The notes: generated from the sequence alone by a model not told the origin. Positions 24,823-37,368 are shown, counted from the stretch's first letter. The stretch is 64,000 nucleotides of DNA from an uncultured bacterium (GCA_963777645.1 CAVZRA010000007.1:11580-75579); one strand, 5' to 3'. Program-made: numbers and translations.

Positions 24823-25161
24823 CTAGCCATCGTCCTGGAGCCGCTTGATGAGATCGTCTACAACTGCGTTTCCGACGATCTCGCCGTAGCGGTCGTCGAG
24901 AATGCTGCGCATCTTGGCGATGACCTCTTCGCGTTCCTCGGCCTCATGGCGAATTGAGGCGTCGATGACTTCGTTGCCGTCGATCCACGGCTTGGCGTCG
25001 GCCGCCCACGGCATGAGGATCAGCCATGACCAGATGGTCTTGCTGTTTCCAACTCCGGTCTTGCGCACCAGGCCGATACACGAGTAGGGGAGGGACACCC
25101 ATCCCATCCGATTCAGGCCATCGCGCCCATCTGGCATTCCTGCTGCGTCTGGCTCCGCCAT
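24823..25161 (-). CDS. hypothetical protein
   Basis: Start trimmed to MAEPDAAGMPDG, with AAGGAGAATC directly upstream of the ATG. No domain recognised. Confidence 0.5.
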   Translation of the reverse strand: MAEPDAAGMPDGRDGLNRMGWVSLPYSCIGLVRKTGVGNSKTIWSWLILMPWAADAKPWIDGNEVIDASIRHEAEEREEVIAKMRSILDDRYGEIVGNAVVDDLIKRLQDDG

Positions 25162-25257
25162 GATTCTCCTTTTTTTGCACGATACTTCGTAACGCAGCCA
25201 ATTCTGTCGTTCGCTGACACGTACCACAGAGGGATTAGGCTCGGCGGCAGGAGGCGT

Positions 25258-26631
25258 GTGGTGACACGACGAATAGTTGTAGTGGCGAACCGGCTCCCCG
25301 TGTCCTGGGACGGGGACAACTGGGTGACGAGCCCCGGTGGCCTGGTGCGCGCTCTCGAGCCCGTCCTACAGAAGGTGGGCGGCTCCTGGGTAGGTTGGTC
25401 CGGCAACACCGGTGAGGCGCCCGAGCCGTTCGAACATGACGGCATCGAGCAACGCCCGGTCTCGCTGACCGAGGAAGAGCTCGAGGACTTCTACTACGGA
25501 TTCTGCAATAGCGCACTATGGCCGCTCTATCACGATGCGGTGATCTCCCCCGAATTCCATCGTCATCACTGGCGGCCGTACCAGAGGGTCAATAGGCGCT
25601 ACGCCGGCGTCGCGGCCGATACGCTCCAGGCAGGAGATATCGCCTGGGTGCAGGATTACCAACTCCAGCTCGTGCCAGGCATGCTGCGCGAGCTACGCGA
25701 CGACGTCACCATCGGCTTCTATCTGCATATTCCGTTTCCGCCCATCGAGCTCTTCTCCAGATTGCCGTGGCGTCGCCAGGTCATCGAGGGTTTGCTGGGA
25801 GCCGATGTGCTGGCCTTCCAAACCAGGACAAGCGTGCAGAACTTCGCCCGCGCCGCCAGGAGGTTTGGCGGCGCCAAAGCCATCGGCCGCTACGAGCTGG
25901 AATGGAATGGGCGTCTCATCAAGCTGCAACGAGCACCGATCGCGATCGACACCGACCACTTCGAACGGGTGGCGCGGTCGGACTCGGTGCAGCAGCGGGC
26001 GAGCGAGCTGCGCCACGAGCTGGGAGATGTCGAACACATCATCCTCGGCGTCGACCGGCTCGATTACACCAAAGGCATCGACCTGCGGCTCAAAGCATTC
26101 GCCGGGTTGCTCGAGCGCACCGCAGATCATCCCCGTCGCTACGCGTTCGTCCAGGTGGCCGTCCCCAGCCGGGAGAACGTACTGGCGTACCAGGAGCTGC
26201 GATCCGAGATCGAGCAGCTGGTGGGGAGGATCAACGGCGACTTCGGCGTGCCGGGATGGTCTCCGGTCTCCTACCTGTACCGAAGCTTGCCGCTCGAGGA
26301 TCTGATCTCTTACTACGTGGCTGCGGATGTGATGCTGGTCACTCCACTGCGGGACGGGATGAACCTGGTGGCCAAGGAGTATGTGGCGTGCCGGCGTGGC
26401 CTGCCTGGAGTGCTGGTACTCAGCGAGTTTGCCGGGGCGGCCGAGCAGCTCAAATCGGCGGTGATCGTCAACCCGCACGATGTCGACAGCGTCACCGACG
26501 CCCTGCTTCAAGCTACCGAGATGAACTACGGCGAGGCTCGCATCAGGATGCAACGACTGCGCCGCACCGTGCAGCGCGAAGACGTTTTCAAGTGGGCAGG
26601 CGATTGCCTCGCGGAGCTCGAAGCTCTGTGA
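25258..26631 (+). CDS. otsA: alpha,alpha-trehalose-phosphate synthase (GT20)
   Basis: [27 protein letters not shown]-terminus. Also [35 protein letters not shown] and LSEFAGAA. Confidence 0.9.
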   Translation: MVTRRIVVVANRLPVSWDGDNWVTSPGGLVRALEPVLQKVGGSWVGWSGNTGEAPEPFEHDGIEQRPVSLTEEELEDFYYGFCNSALWPLYHDAVISPEFHRHHWRPYQRVNRRYAGVAADTLQAGDIAWVQDYQLQLVPGMLRELRDDVTIGFYLHIPFPPIELFSRLPWRRQVIEGLLGADVLAFQTRTSVQNFARAARRFGGAKAIGRYELEWNGRLIKLQRAPIAIDTDHFERVARSDSVQQRASELRHELGDVEHIILGVDRLDYTKGIDLRLKAFAGLLERTADHPRRYAFVQVAVPSRENVLAYQELRSEIEQLVGRINGDFGVPGWSPVSYLYRSLPLEDLISYYVAADVMLVTPLRDGMNLVAKEYVACRRGLPGVLVLSEFAGAAEQLKSAVIVNPHDVDSVTDALLQATEMNYGEARIRMQRLRRTVQREDVFKWAGDCLAELEAL

Positions 26632-26640
26632 CGGACGCGG

Positions 26641-29600
26641 CTATTGGATGAGACGGAGCGCTCCCCGTAGCGCGATCCAGACCATTTCGGGCCGCTGCAC
26701 CAGCTCCCACTCGACCTCCCGGAGTGCCTTTGACAACTCAAAGGCAACAAGGAGCGCCTCAATGCTCTCATCTTCAGTGGGGAGCACAGGTGAGCCGGTG
26801 GCGGCTTCAACGTATGCGCCGACAAATCGCTCACCGAGCATCCGGTACCACCGCTCAGCATGAGCAACCGCATCGGGCCTGCCGGAGCTGCGGGCAGCCG
26901 CAAGCGCTGCATAGTGGAACGATCGAATCATCTCGGCGACGTCACGCAGCGGAGGTGCCTTGAGTCGTCGTTCGCTGATCGGCCGCGTGTGGTCGCCGCT
27001 GAGATCCAACATATAGAACTCGTTGTCGATCAAACGCAGCTCATCGAGCCGGTAGTTGCCGTGGATACGGGTACGTCGACCACTCGCCGGTACCTGTCGC
27101 ACCCGGTTGATCACTGTCAGCATCGCCGACTCCGCCCCGAGCAAGGTCTCCAGGTCGCTACGAACGTCGTCGGGGGCTTGCTCGAAGTTGTTGCGAATCG
27201 ACGTCAGTTCCTGTTTCACGCCGGCGCGCAGCGACTGATAGAGCGAGCGTTGATAGAGGCTGGTCACCGGGGCCGGGCGGAGTTCGGGCTCCTCGGTCTG
27301 GGTAGCGAGCGCTTGATGGAACTCTGCAGTCGTCACCCCGAGCGTTGTTGCGTACGCGAGAGTGGTGTCGAGCGCTTCCGAAACATCGGCTGCTGTCCGC
27401 GTGTCTTCGTTCAGCCAACCTGTGACCGGTACCTCTCCGGGTGCGGGCACGTCTCCGATCTGTTCGAGATAGGTGAGGCACAAGTCGCGGAATAGTGTCC
27501 ATGCAGTGATTTCGGGATCGAGGTTCTTCTGCATCATGCCGAGGCTGAACGTGTCCCGCGATTGGTATTCGAGCGCCCCGTAGACGGGGGAGAGGTTCTC
27601 GAAGCTGGTGCGATCGGTCAAGTAGCGGCGCAATTCCAGGTCGGGGTGCGTTCCGGGCTCGATGTTGCGAAATAGCTTGAGAGTGAGGTCAGGGCCATAT
27701 TGGATGAACGTCTCTCCCTGTGCCGTTTGTTGCAGACGGGGCATCGTATCGGCATCGCCGAGATCCAGATCTGCAACCCGGGCATGACTCCACACCGCGC
27801 CGGTGCGGCCGAGCATTTCCCGGCCTTCGACAATCGCCCCGTACAAGGCGAGGCAGAACTGAGGGTCGTATACGGCGTCGACGAGACATCGGGGGCCCTC
27901 GCCGTCGTCGATGAACGCCACGGTCGCTTCCTCGGGCAGCGATTCATCATCGGCCGATCGCAAGCTGAGCGGCATCACGTACCGCTGCGGCGGGCCGGTG
28001 ACGTACTCGATGTCGAGCAGCACGATCCAACCGGCGCGAGTTCCCTCGTCGTCGGCAATCGGGATCGCATCGAACGTCGATGCGCTCAGCCGCCGTTTGC
28101 CCCGGTCGGCGTACCAGACCTGGTGCTCCGCGTACTTGGCGAGGTGGCTGGCAAACGGGTGGTCACTGCTGAACAGCTCCTCGACCGGGCCATTGACCAT
28201 GAAGCTGTTCTGGTCACCGGGATCTGAGTCCTGATAGACAATTGAGAACCAGTAGTAGCCGTACGGGCTGAGGGTGAGCAGGTAGGGAAGGTCACCAATC
28301 CGGGGGAAATCGGTGTGACCGAGTAGCTCTACGGGGTGGGCACCCGCATGCTCGCGGAGATCGAGTTCGACGAACTGAGCATGCCTGCTCAGGTTTGCCA
28401 CCACCAGGATGGTCTCACCATCACCCTCACGAATGTAGGTGAGAACTCGATCGTTCTGAGGTTGTAGGAAGCGTATCGAGCCGCGGCCAAACACCGGATG
28501 ACGGCGGCGCCGCCTGATCATCCTTCTCGTCCACCAGAGCAACGAATTCGGATTGGCGTGCTCGGCCTCGACGTTCACCGTCTCGAAGTGGTACTGCGGG
28601 TCGACGACAACAGGCAGGTAGAGCGACTGTGGGTTTGCGGAGGAGAACCCCGCATTCCGATCGTTGCTCCATTGCATCGGGGTACGGACCCCCTCACGGT
28701 CGGCGAGGAAGATGTTGTCGCCCATACCCAACTCGTCGCCGTAGTACATGACCGGTGTCCCCGGCAGCGAGAGGAGCAGGCTCATCAACAGCTCGATCCT
28801 GCGCCGATCGTTGCCGAGAAGAGGAGCCAGCCGACGCCTGATCCCCAGGTTGAGCCTGGCGCGGCGATCTGGCGAGTAGGTTCGCCACATCAAATCCCGC
28901 TCCTCCTCGGACACCATCTCGAGAGTCAGCTCGTCGTGGTTGCGGAGGAAGATCGCCCACTGCGCGGACTCGGGAATGGCAGGGGTCTGTTCGAGAATGT
29001 CGATTATGGGGAGCCGGGTCTCTCGCTCGAGGGCGAGGTAGAGCCGGGGCATGAGCGGGAAGTGGAACGACATGTGGCACTCGTCGCCATCGCCAAAGTA
29101 GGCGACTGCATCTTCCGGCCATTGGTTGGCTTCGGCGAGAAGCATACGGTCCCCGTACTTCTCATCGATATGGGCCCGCAACGTGCGAAGCTCGGCATGG
29201 GTTTCGGGGAGGTTCTCTCCGTTGGTGCCCTCTCTCTCGTGGAGGTAGGGGATGGCATCGAGCCGCAGCCCGTCGACTCCCATGTCCAGCCAGAAGTCGA
29301 GCACATCGACAACTGCCTCCCTGACCTCGGGATTGTTCCAATTGAGGTCCGGCTGGTGAGAGAAGAAACGATGCCAGAAGTAGGCATCCGCCACCGGATC
29401 CCAGGCCCAGTTGGATGTCTCGGTGTCCTGGAAGATGATCCTGACATCCTGATACCGATCCGGGGTGTCGTTCCATACGTAGAAATCGCGTTCCGGTGAT
29501 CCGGATTCGGCACGTCGGGCGCGCTGGAACCAGGGATGCTGATCCGAGGTGTGGTTGATCACGAGCTCGGTGATCACGTACATACCCCGGGTATGAGCCT

Positions 29601-29880
29601 CGCTAAGAAAATGGCGGAATTCCTCGAGAGTTCCGTAGCTCGGGTGTACGTCGTAATAGTCGGCGATGTCGTAGCCGTCGTCGCGCAGCGGGGAGGGATA
29701 GAAGGGTAGGAGCCAGATCGCGGTGACCCCGAGCTGCTGCAGGTAGTCGAGCCTGCTTGTCAGACCGGTGAAGTCGCCGATGCCATCTCCGTTCGAGTCT
29801 GCAAAGGCTCTCACGTGCACTTCGTAGATGACCGCGTCGCGGTACCAACCGGGAGGACGATGGATCTGGACGTCTGACAT
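26641..29880 (-). CDS. treS: trehalose synthase fused to a C-terminal maltokinase-like (Pep2/Mak) domain
   Basis: Start trimmed to [26 protein letters not shown] (ATG at 29880). GH13 catalytic motifs [22 protein letters not shown] and [11 protein letters not shown]. The C-terminal ~450 aa resemble aminoglycoside-phosphotransferase-fold maltokinase ([16 protein letters not shown]). Confidence 0.85.
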   Translation of the reverse strand: MSDVQIHRPPGWYRDAVIYEVHVRAFADSNGDGIGDFTGLTSRLDYLQQLGVTAIWLLPFYPSPLRDDGYDIADYYDVHPSYGTLEEFRHFLSEAHTRGMYVITELVINHTSDQHPWFQRARRAESGSPERDFYVWNDTPDRYQDVRIIFQDTETSNWAWDPVADAYFWHRFFSHQPDLNWNNPEVREAVVDVLDFWLDMGVDGLRLDAIPYLHEREGTNGENLPETHAELRTLRAHIDEKYGDRMLLAEANQWPEDAVAYFGDGDECHMSFHFPLMPRLYLALERETRLPIIDILEQTPAIPESAQWAIFLRNHDELTLEMVSEEERDLMWRTYSPDRRARLNLGIRRRLAPLLGNDRRRIELLMSLLLSLPGTPVMYYGDELGMGDNIFLADREGVRTPMQWSNDRNAGFSSANPQSLYLPVVVDPQYHFETVNVEAEHANPNSLLWWTRRMIRRRRRHPVFGRGSIRFLQPQNDRVLTYIREGDGETILVVANLSRHAQFVELDLREHAGAHPVELLGHTDFPRIGDLPYLLTLSPYGYYWFSIVYQDSDPGDQNSFMVNGPVEELFSSDHPFASHLAKYAEHQVWYADRGKRRLSASTFDAIPIADDEGTRAGWIVLLDIEYVTGPPQRYVMPLSLRSADDESLPEEATVAFIDDGEGPRCLVDAVYDPQFCLALYGAIVEGREMLGRTGAVWSHARVADLDLGDADTMPRLQQTAQGETFIQYGPDLTLKLFRNIEPGTHPDLELRRYLTDRTSFENLSPVYGALEYQSRDTFSLGMMQKNLDPEITAWTLFRDLCLTYLEQIGDVPAPGEVPVTGWLNEDTRTAADVSEALDTTLAYATTLGVTTAEFHQALATQTEEPELRPAPVTSLYQRSLYQSLRAGVKQELTSIRNNFEQAPDDVRSDLETLLGAESAMLTVINRVRQVPASGRRTRIHGNYRLDELRLIDNEFYMLDLSGDHTRPISERRLKAPPLRDVAEMIRSFHYAALAAARSSGRPDAVAHAERWYRMLGERFVGAYVEAATGSPVLPTEDESIEALLVAFELSKALREVEWELVQRPEMVWIALRGALRLIQ

Positions 29881-29971
29881 CCGCCCAAGATTAGGGTCAG
29901 GGGCCGAGTGCTCGTCAACCCATCGTATGAAGGCACTAGTTTTAAGGGGTAGCGCGAGTAAGGAGTATGCG

Positions 29972-31549
29972 GTGTTGCAGCTGAACGGTATCGATCTGAA
30001 GAACGTCGGCACGGTGCACCACAATTTGTCTACACCGGCCCTCTACGAGGAGGCGGTTCGCCGTGGTGAGGCGATGCTCGGTCATCTCGGGCCGCTTGTG
30101 GTGAGCACCGGCAAGTACACGGGGCGCTCCGCCAACGACAAGTTCGTGGTTCGAGAGCCCTTCACCGAAGACATCATTTGGTGGGGCAAGATCAACAAGC
30201 CATTCGATCCGATCGACTTCGACAAGGTTCTGTACGGGCTCCGCTCTTATCTCCAGAACAAAGACATCTTCGTTCAGGACGGCTACGCAGGCGCCGACCC
30301 GAAATACCGGATAAGGGTGCGCGTCATCAGCGAGCATGCCTGGCACAGCCTGTTCGCCCGCAATATGTTCATACGGGAGTTCGATCCCGAAGTGATTGCA
30401 GCGTTCGAGCCGGATTACACAGTCATCCACTGTCCCAGCTTCCAAGCCGATCCCGAGCAAGAACACACTGCGAGCGAGGCCTTCGTCTTGCTCAACCTCG
30501 ATCGCAAGATGGTGGTGATCGGCGGGACAAGCTATGCGGGTGAGATCAAGAAGTCGATCTTCACCGTCATGAACTACTTGATGCCTATTCGAGGTGTGCT
30601 CAGCTTGCACTCTTCGGCAAACGTCGGCCCCGACGGGGATGCTGCAGTGTTTTTCGGTCTTTCGGGAACCGGCAAGACCACGCTCTCTACCGAGGCGGAC
30701 CGGGCATTGATCGGTGACGACGAGCTCGGCTGGAGCGACGAGGGTGTCTTCAACTATGAGGGCGGCTGTTATGCCAAGATGATTCGCCTGTCCGATGAAT
30801 CGGAGCCGGAGATCTACCAGACCACCCGTCGTTTCGGGACGGTGCTCGAGAACGTGACCATCGATCCGACGACCCGCCGTCTCGATCTGAGCGAGGCATC
30901 GACCGAGAACACACGCGGGGCGTATCCGATCACCCACATCGACAATATCGTTGCAGGCTCGATGGCCGGCCATCCGAAGAATGTCTTCATGCTCACCGCC
31001 GATGCATTCGGGATACTGCCACCGATTGCCCGGCTCGATGAGGCTCAGGCCCGATACCATTTCATCTCCGGTTACACCGCCAAGGTGGCAGGGACTGAGC
31101 GCGGCGTGCAGGAGCCGCAAGCGACCTTCTCTGCATGTTTTGGGGCACCATTCATGCCGCTTCATCCGACGGTCTATGCGGACCTGCTCGGCAAGAAGAT
31201 CCGCGACCACGACGTACGAGTGTGGCTGATCAATACCGGTTGGACGGGAGGGCCCTACGGCGTGGGGACGCGATTCAAGATTGCGAACTCCCGGGCCGTG
31301 ATTCGGGCCGCACTCAATGGCGATCTCGATCGTGTCGAGTATCGGAGCGACCCGGTGTTCGGTTTTGAGGTACCCGTGGAGTGCCCGGGGTTGCCCATCG
31401 AGTTGTTGACTCCCCGAGAGACCTGGGGTGATCCGAACGAATACGATGCCAGAGCGGCGGAGCTGGCGGAGCTCTTCCGAGCCAACTTCGAGGAGTTCGC
31501 AGAGCTGGCGGGTGCCGAGCTGGCAGCCGCCGGGCCGGTCGCAGGGTGA
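29972..31549 (+). CDS. pckA: phosphoenolpyruvate carboxykinase (ATP)
   Basis: AAGGAG lies 6 nt upstream of the GTG at 29972. Motifs [12 protein letters not shown] and the kinase-1a loop [13 protein letters not shown]. Confidence 0.9.
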   Translation: MLQLNGIDLKNVGTVHHNLSTPALYEEAVRRGEAMLGHLGPLVVSTGKYTGRSANDKFVVREPFTEDIIWWGKINKPFDPIDFDKVLYGLRSYLQNKDIFVQDGYAGADPKYRIRVRVISEHAWHSLFARNMFIREFDPEVIAAFEPDYTVIHCPSFQADPEQEHTASEAFVLLNLDRKMVVIGGTSYAGEIKKSIFTVMNYLMPIRGVLSLHSSANVGPDGDAAVFFGLSGTGKTTLSTEADRALIGDDELGWSDEGVFNYEGGCYAKMIRLSDESEPEIYQTTRRFGTVLENVTIDPTTRRLDLSEASTENTRGAYPITHIDNIVAGSMAGHPKNVFMLTADAFGILPPIARLDEAQARYHFISGYTAKVAGTERGVQEPQATFSACFGAPFMPLHPTVYADLLGKKIRDHDVRVWLINTGWTGGPYGVGTRFKIANSRAVIRAALNGDLDRVEYRSDPVFGFEVPVECPGLPIELLTPRETWGDPNEYDARAAELAELFRANFEEFAELAGAELAAAGPVAG

Positions 31550-31559
31550 GGAGCGGCAG

Positions 31560-33059
31560 GTGACGGACGCCTTTGCCGATTACGACTCATTTGATGCCGT
31601 CGGGCTCGCTCAGCTGATCACGGCCGGCGAGGTGACGTCGCCCGAGCTGATCGAGGCAGCTATAGATCGAGTTGAGGCCTTCAACCCCGTGATCAATGCT
31701 GTTGTTGTCAAACACTACGAACGTGCCAGGAGACGAGCTGAGTCTGGCAGGGCACCGGGTCCGTTCTTCGGTGTTCCGTTCCTCACCAAGGATCTCGCCA
31801 ACGTTGCCGGCGATCAGGTGAGCTATGGCTCCGTCTTCTTCCGGAACTACCGTCCGGAGACGACCGACGAGTATCAGTTGCGTATCGAACGAGCGGGTCT
31901 GATTTCGCTAGGGCGCACGAACTCTCCAGAGTTTGGCTTGTTACCCACAACCGAGTCGACCCTGCATGGGCCTACTCGCAATCCATGGGACACAGAACGC
32001 TCGTCGGGTGGTTCGAGTGGTGGGTCAGCCGCGGCGACCGCCGCAGGGATTGTTCCCATGGCACATTCCAGTGACGGTGGCGGCTCGATCCGTATCCCGG
32101 CTGCCGCGTGCGGGGTCTTCGGATTCAAGCCGAGCAGGGGACGCATGCCTCGTTATCCGGCGTCACCTGCCGACTTTCTCTCGGTCGACCTGGCAGTCAG
32201 CCGGTCGGTACGAGACATTGCCGCGTTGCTGGACGTCACCCACGGTGCTGTTGCCGGCTCCGAGTACTACGCCCCCGCTCCTTCCGGGCCCTTTGCGGCC
32301 GCGGTCGGGCGGGAGCCGGATGTGATGCGTGTGGCGATCTCGACCGTCGACTTCCGCGGCAGGAGAACTGCGCCGGAATGTCGGGACGCAGTGCACGCAA
32401 CGGCGGAGTCCCTCAGCGACCTGGGTCACAAGGTCGTTGAAGCAAAGCCCTCTATCGACGGGCAAGCAATGGCTGAAGCGTTCCTGACGATCTGGGAGTC
32501 GCTGGCGGAGTCGATCTTCAACATCATCATGACTGAAGCAGACAGGACCCGTGTCGGCCATGTCTTGCGCCTCTTGCTCGGCGAGTGGCGGGCCGTGAAG
32601 TTGATCAGCAGGATCGACACGATGCGGGCGGGCCGTGACGCTTTCGAGCCATTCACCTGGAGATTGGCGCAGCTGTCGCGTAAGCACACGCCGGCGCAAC
32701 TCATCGCGGCACGCACCGAGCTGCAACGGACGTCCTACCAGTTTGCCGAGTTCTTCGAGAGCTACGATTCGCTGCTGACCCCGACGCTCGGTGGCCCGCC
32801 GGTGCGGCTCGGCGAGATCGACCAGGATGCCGGGTGGCATGACCTCGTCGAGCAACTGTTCGACTATGTGGCCTTCACCCCGATCGCCAACTTCACCGGA
32901 TCACCGGCGATGTCGGTGCCGACCTACTGGACGCCCTCCGGGCTGCCCATCGGGGCTCATTTCATGGGGCCGCATGGTGACGAGGAGCGCATGCTTTCCC
33001 TCGCCGGTCAGTTGGAACGAGTCTCGCCATGGTCGGCAAGACGCCCGGCTATTCGATGA
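31560..33059 (+). CDS. amidase-signature family amidase
   Basis: GAGGAG lies upstream of the GTG at 31560. Amidase signature [14 protein letters not shown]...[21 protein letters not shown]. Confidence 0.85.
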   Translation: MTDAFADYDSFDAVGLAQLITAGEVTSPELIEAAIDRVEAFNPVINAVVVKHYERARRRAESGRAPGPFFGVPFLTKDLANVAGDQVSYGSVFFRNYRPETTDEYQLRIERAGLISLGRTNSPEFGLLPTTESTLHGPTRNPWDTERSSGGSSGGSAAATAAGIVPMAHSSDGGGSIRIPAAACGVFGFKPSRGRMPRYPASPADFLSVDLAVSRSVRDIAALLDVTHGAVAGSEYYAPAPSGPFAAAVGREPDVMRVAISTVDFRGRRTAPECRDAVHATAESLSDLGHKVVEAKPSIDGQAMAEAFLTIWESLAESIFNIIMTEADRTRVGHVLRLLLGEWRAVKLISRIDTMRAGRDAFEPFTWRLAQLSRKHTPAQLIAARTELQRTSYQFAEFFESYDSLLTPTLGGPPVRLGEIDQDAGWHDLVEQLFDYVAFTPIANFTGSPAMSVPTYWTPSGLPIGAHFMGPHGDEERMLSLAGQLERVSPWSARRPAIR

Positions 33060-33558
33060 TGCGGGCGTAGGCGCGGCCAAATGCGACGTATTGGTCTACA
33101 CCCTCGCTCTGACGGGCGATTTCTGCTTCGGTGAGTTCACGCACCGGTTTGGCCGGAATCCCCATGGCAAGTGTCCATGCCGGGATGCTCTTGCCTTCGG
33201 TCAGGATCGAGCCTGCTGCCAACCACGAGCCCTCGCCCATTGTGGCTCCGTTCAGGGCTCTGGCGCCGATGCCGACCAGACAATGTGAACCAACGGTTGC
33301 CCCATGGATGACGGCGGCATGACCGATGGTCACCCGTTTCCCGATCTCGATGGGTAAACCGGCGTCGACGTGAAGCACGCTGTTGTCCTGGACATTGCTC
33401 TCGGCACCGATGTAGACCCGATCCAGCTCGGCACGGATCACCGTGCCGAACATGATTACGGCGTCGCGGGCAATGGTAATTTCACCGTAGAGCACGGCAG
33501 TTGGTGCAACGAACGCACTCGGGTCGATCGCCGGTGTGCCGATGCTGAGCCAGCCCAT
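33049..33558 (-). CDS. gamma-class carbonic anhydrase-like / hexapeptide-repeat protein
   Basis: Left-handed beta-helix repeats and His ligands (NVQDNSVLHVD...IGHAAVIHGATVG). Its 3' end overlaps the amidase 3' end by 11 nt. Confidence 0.8.
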   Translation of the reverse strand: MGWLSIGTPAIDPSAFVAPTAVLYGEITIARDAVIMFGTVIRAELDRVYIGAESNVQDNSVLHVDAGLPIEIGKRVTIGHAAVIHGATVGSHCLVGIGARALNGATMGEGSWLAAGSILTEGKSIPAWTLAMGIPAKPVRELTEAEIARQSEGVDQYVAFGRAYARIIE

Positions 33559-33581
33559 TGGCTCCTCCTCGTAAAACGCTC

Positions 33582-34040
33582 TCAGCGGTGCTCTTCGACT
33601 ATGGGAGCCGGTAGTTTTCCTTCACGAAGCTGGGCGTCGTCCGCGGCGATTCTGGCGAGAGTGGCGCTGCTCAGTTGGTCGGCGAAGGAATTCTTCGCCG
33701 CCATCCACACCCAGTGGATGGCGCATGCTTTCTCCCAATGACAAGGGCCACCATCGAGGGCACATGCAGGCTCGTCGTTGTGACCTTCGAGGGCCTGGAT
33801 TATGTCGAGCAGCGTGATGGTCTCCGGGTTCTTTGCCAGCGTGTAGCCCCCGGTGCGACCGGGCTGTGAATTAACGAGATCAGCGCGTCCGAGCTCTTGT
33901 AGCACCTGGCGCAAGAAACCGACGGGGATGTCCATGTCCCGCGATATTGCCGGAGCGGCAAGGCCACTCGGGTAGCTCTGGGCGAGAGTGATCAAGGCAC
34001 GCACGCCATAGTCGGTTCGGCGAGTAGGAACGATTTTCAT
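33582..34040 (-). CDS. Rrf2-family transcriptional regulator (three C-terminal Cys, possible Fe-S sensor)
   Basis: Start trimmed to MKIVPTRRTDYGVRALITLA. wHTH motif. Cys cluster CALDGGPCHWEKACAIH. Confidence 0.8.
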   Translation of the reverse strand: MKIVPTRRTDYGVRALITLAQSYPSGLAAPAISRDMDIPVGFLRQVLQELGRADLVNSQPGRTGGYTLAKNPETITLLDIIQALEGHNDEPACALDGGPCHWEKACAIHWVWMAAKNSFADQLSSATLARIAADDAQLREGKLPAPIVEEHR

Positions 34041-34100
34041 GGTCGGCAGTGTAGATCCATCCATTATTGGATGGCTACACATTTGGATTCGAGCACGCTG

Positions 34101-35138
34101 TCAGCCGATATGCTCCCAGTTGAGGATGACTTTGCCACAGCGACCGGTTCGCATGGTCGAGAACGCGTCGTCGTAGTCCTCGGCGGCGAACTCGTGGGTG
34201 ATGACAGGGGAGACGTCGAGACCGGTGTGAAGCATCGCGGTCATCAGGTACCACGTTTCGAACATGCGCCGCCCGTAAATGCCCTTCATGGTCAGGCCCT
34301 TGAAGATGATGGTGTTCCAATCCATCGGTGCGTCCTCAGGAGGGATGCCGAGCAGTGCCACCGACGAACCGTGGTTCATGGTCTCCATCATCTCGTGAAG
34401 AGCGCTGCGCACCCCGGACATCTCCATGCCGACGTCGAAACCCTCGGTCATGCCGAGCTCGGTCATGGCATCCCGAAGTGAGGATCGGGTCGTGTTGATG
34501 GCAATGTTGGCGCCCATTCCTGCGGCGATCTCGAGCCGGAAGTCGTTGATGTCGGTGACAACGACGTAGCGCGCTCCTGCGTGACGGGCGATGGCGGCTG
34601 CCATCATCCCGATCGGCCCCGCTCCTGTGATCAGCACGTCCTCGCCGACGAGATCGAATGAGAGTGCGGTGTGTGTCGCGTTGCCGAGTGGGTCGAGGAT
34701 GGTGGCGATACGGTCCGGGATCTCGTCGGGGACGGGAAAAGCGTTGAATGCAGGGATGGTGAGATACTCCGCAAATGCGCCGGGTCGGTTGACCCCGACG
34801 CCGACTGTGTTGCGGCAGAACTGTCTCCGTCCTGCTCGACAGTTGCGGCAGTGCCCGCAAGTGACATGGCCTTCGCCGGAGACCCGCTGACCGACTTGGA
34901 AGCCCTGGACCTCCGACCCGATCGCATCGACAACACCAACAAACTCGTGACCCACCTGCATCCCGAGCGGGATGGTCTGCTGAGCCCATGGGTCCCAATT
35001 GACGATGTGCAGGTCGGTGCCACATACGGCGGTCTTGTTGATCTTGATCCGGACGTCGTTGTGGCCGACGTCCGGGATAGGAACATCCTCCATCCAGATC
35101 CCGGGTTCGGCCTTGGCCTTGACCAGTGCTTTCATCAA
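34101..35138 (-). CDS. tdh: L-threonine 3-dehydrogenase (Zn-dependent MDR)
   Basis: [17 protein letters not shown], the structural Zn Cys cluster [15 protein letters not shown] and GAGPIGMMA. Confidence 0.9.
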   Translation of the reverse strand: MMKALVKAKAEPGIWMEDVPIPDVGHNDVRIKINKTAVCGTDLHIVNWDPWAQQTIPLGMQVGHEFVGVVDAIGSEVQGFQVGQRVSGEGHVTCGHCRNCRAGRRQFCRNTVGVGVNRPGAFAEYLTIPAFNAFPVPDEIPDRIATILDPLGNATHTALSFDLVGEDVLITGAGPIGMMAAAIARHAGARYVVVTDINDFRLEIAAGMGANIAINTTRSSLRDAMTELGMTEGFDVGMEMSGVRSALHEMMETMNHGSSVALLGIPPEDAPMDWNTIIFKGLTMKGIYGRRMFETWYLMTAMLHTGLDVSPVITHEFAAEDYDDAFSTMRTGRCGKVILNWEHIG

Positions 35139-36322
35139 ATCACTCCAAGCTCCCGACCAACTTTGATGAAGGCGGCGACAGCCTGTTCGATGTGCTCATC
35201 GGTGTGGGCCGCCGACATCTGGACTCGGATTCTGGCTTCGCCTGCCGGCACGACTGGGAACGAGAACCCGATGACATAGATGCCCTCAGCGAGGAGACGA
35301 TCCGCCATCTCGGTGGCGAGCTTGGCGTCGCCGAGCATCACCGGGATGATCGGGTGGCCGGCGCCGGCCAGCGTGAAGCCAGCTGCCGTCATCGATTCGC
35401 GGAACCGCTCGGAATTGCGGCGCAGCCGGGTCCGCAGCTCGTCGGAGCCGCGGAGCAGAGCAATCGCCGCCAGCGAGGTGGCTGCGATTGTCGGTGCAAG
35501 CGAGTTCGAGAACAGATACGGCCGGGATCGTTGCCGGAGCCAGGCGACGATCTCTTTGCGGCCGGAGGTGTACCCACCGGAGGCTCCGCCCAATGCCTTG
35601 CCGAGGGTGCCGGTGACGATGTCGACACGACCCATTACGCCACAATGCTCTGGAGTGCCCCGACCGCCCTCACCGACAAAGCCAACGGCATGTGAGTCAT
35701 CGACCATGACCAGCGCCCCGTAACGATCGGCGAGGTCGCAGATCGCACCCAGGTTGGCGATGATCCCGTCCATGGAGAAGACACCGTCGGTGGCAATGAT
35801 GGTATGAGCTGCTCCTGATGCCTCTTGCAGCTTCGCCTCCAGATCAGCCATGTCGTTGTTGGCATACCGGTAGCGGCTTGCCTTCGAGAGTCGTACCCCA
35901 TCGATGATCGAGGCGTGATTGAGCGAGTCCGAAATGATGGCGTCCTCGGCTCCGAGCAGCGTCTCGAACAGCCCACCGTTGGCGTCGAAGCAAGACGAGT
36001 ACAGGATGGTGTCGTCTGTGCCAAGGAAGTCGCTCAACTCTGCCTCGAGCCTCTTGTGCACTGTCTGGGTACCGCAAATGAAGCGGACCGAAGACATCCC
36101 GTAGCCGTATTCGGTGACGGCATGTGCTGCCGTCTCTACGAGGGTCGGGTGGTTGGCCAGGCCCAGGTAGTTGTTGGCGCACATGTTGATGACCTGTTTG
36201 CCGTCTTCGAGAGTGATCACCGCTTGCTGCGGAGATGCGATCGTCCTCTCTTCCTTGAAGAGCCCCGACGTGCGGAGCTCGGCGGTCTGGGCTTCGAGTT
36301 GCGCGAGAAATGCTGCGTCCAT
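35135..36322 (-). CDS. kbl: glycine C-acetyltransferase (2-amino-3-ketobutyrate CoA ligase)
   Basis: [25 protein letters not shown] and PLP-Lys region [14 protein letters not shown]. It overlaps the tdh start by 4 nt (kbl-tdh operon). Confidence 0.9.
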   Translation of the reverse strand: MDAAFLAQLEAQTAELRTSGLFKEERTIASPQQAVITLEDGKQVINMCANNYLGLANHPTLVETAAHAVTEYGYGMSSVRFICGTQTVHKRLEAELSDFLGTDDTILYSSCFDANGGLFETLLGAEDAIISDSLNHASIIDGVRLSKASRYRYANNDMADLEAKLQEASGAAHTIIATDGVFSMDGIIANLGAICDLADRYGALVMVDDSHAVGFVGEGGRGTPEHCGVMGRVDIVTGTLGKALGGASGGYTSGRKEIVAWLRQRSRPYLFSNSLAPTIAATSLAAIALLRGSDELRTRLRRNSERFRESMTAAGFTLAGAGHPIIPVMLGDAKLATEMADRLLAEGIYVIGFSFPVVPAGEARIRVQMSAAHTDEHIEQAVAAFIKVGRELGVI

Positions 36323-36341
36323 ATCGCCTCCCTCGCAGATT

Positions 36342-37223
36342 CTATCGGGCGATCAGCTCGTCCTTCTTCCGCGCAGCAACAGTCCTGGTGATGTCGTGCT
36401 CCACCGGTTCGGGGAAGACAACCATGCCCGACCCTCTCGCTAACCGTGGCTTCGATGGCGGCTGCTCGGGTGCCGGTGCCGGGATGCGATCCCCGATCAC
36501 ATCGAGGGGGGTATCGATACCGTTCTGCGAGGGTGGCGCCGGTGCCGCAGGGACGCTTACGCTGAAGTGGTTGCGCCCTATTCGCCGCGATGATTCGATC
36601 TCGGTGCCCAGCGATCGGGCTAGCGCGATCGCCATCGGTGGTGGGGTTGTCGATGTGGAGCCGTCGTCGGAGACGGTGCAGACCACCGACGCACCGTCTC
36701 GTGCCACCGCAGCGTCGATCTGGTGACAGCCACGTGCCACGGCGGCCGAAATCAAGCTGCGCACCATGACCCGGAGGATCGCTGGATCGGTGTAGGCGAA
36801 GTGCCTGGCACCCGTCGTGATCATGCCGGTCCCTGGGAAACGGGCACCGATCTGTTCGATCTGGTCGCGTACGTCGACGCGGGTGATCTCTGTTCGCTCG
36901 ATGCCGCTCTCGAGTCCTATCTGCGTGAGCGTGTCTTCGGTGAGTGCCTGAGCATCCCGGGCGTGGGTGGTGAGCAGCCGGACGTGGTCGAGGGTGAGGT
37001 TGGGATCGGTGATGCCATCGGCAAGGATCTGTTCGCCGATCGTGATGATGCGGTCTTGTATCGCAGCATGCTCGTTGAGCCGGTCCCGAAAGCTGCCGCT
37101 GTTCGCCAGGCGGGCACGGTCGGTCGCGTCGATCCGGTCTTGCAACGCTTGGTGCCGTCTCCTAGTCGCGCGCACCGATGAGTAGGTGATAGCCGCCGAG
37201 AATTGCGAGCCAACCTGTCGCAC
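36342..37223 (-). CDS. degenerate histidine-kinase-like protein (catalytic N and G boxes not conserved)
   Basis: Coiled-coil followed by an HK-like layout. The N-box reads LISAAVARG (no Asn). The G1 box reads DDGSTS. There is no GxGLGL. The start is uncertain because the ORF opens inside the preceding TM-coding ORF. Confidence 0.4.
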   Translation of the reverse strand: MRQVGSQFSAAITYSSVRATRRRHQALQDRIDATDRARLANSGSFRDRLNEHAAIQDRIITIGEQILADGITDPNLTLDHVRLLTTHARDAQALTEDTLTQIGLESGIERTEITRVDVRDQIEQIGARFPGTGMITTGARHFAYTDPAILRVMVRSLISAAVARGCHQIDAAVARDGASVVCTVSDDGSTSTTPPPMAIALARSLGTEIESSRRIGRNHFSVSVPAAPAPPSQNGIDTPLDVIGDRIPAPAPEQPPSKPRLARGSGMVVFPEPVEHDITRTVAARKKDELIAR

Positions 37224-37368
37224 CGACCGCTACAAGCCAGCCTGCCGGCCCGTCGGGGGCCGACACGATTGCCACGAGCAATGGGGCGATCGAGGTAACA
37301 CCCAGGACGAGGACGATCAGTGCACCGATCTGCGATCGGGGACTCGGCGGCTCCGGATTCGTTGCCAT
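37162..37368 (-). CDS. small two-TM membrane ORF, possibly the detached N-terminus of the kinase-like protein
   Basis: MATNPEPPSPRSQIGALIVLVLGVTSIAPLLVAIV...[23 protein letters not shown]. It overlaps the 5' 62 nt of ORF 36342..37223 in another frame. Confidence 0.35.
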   Translation of the reverse strand: MATNPEPPSPRSQIGALIVLVLGVTSIAPLLVAIVSAPDGPAGWLVAVGATGWLAILGGYHLLIGARD

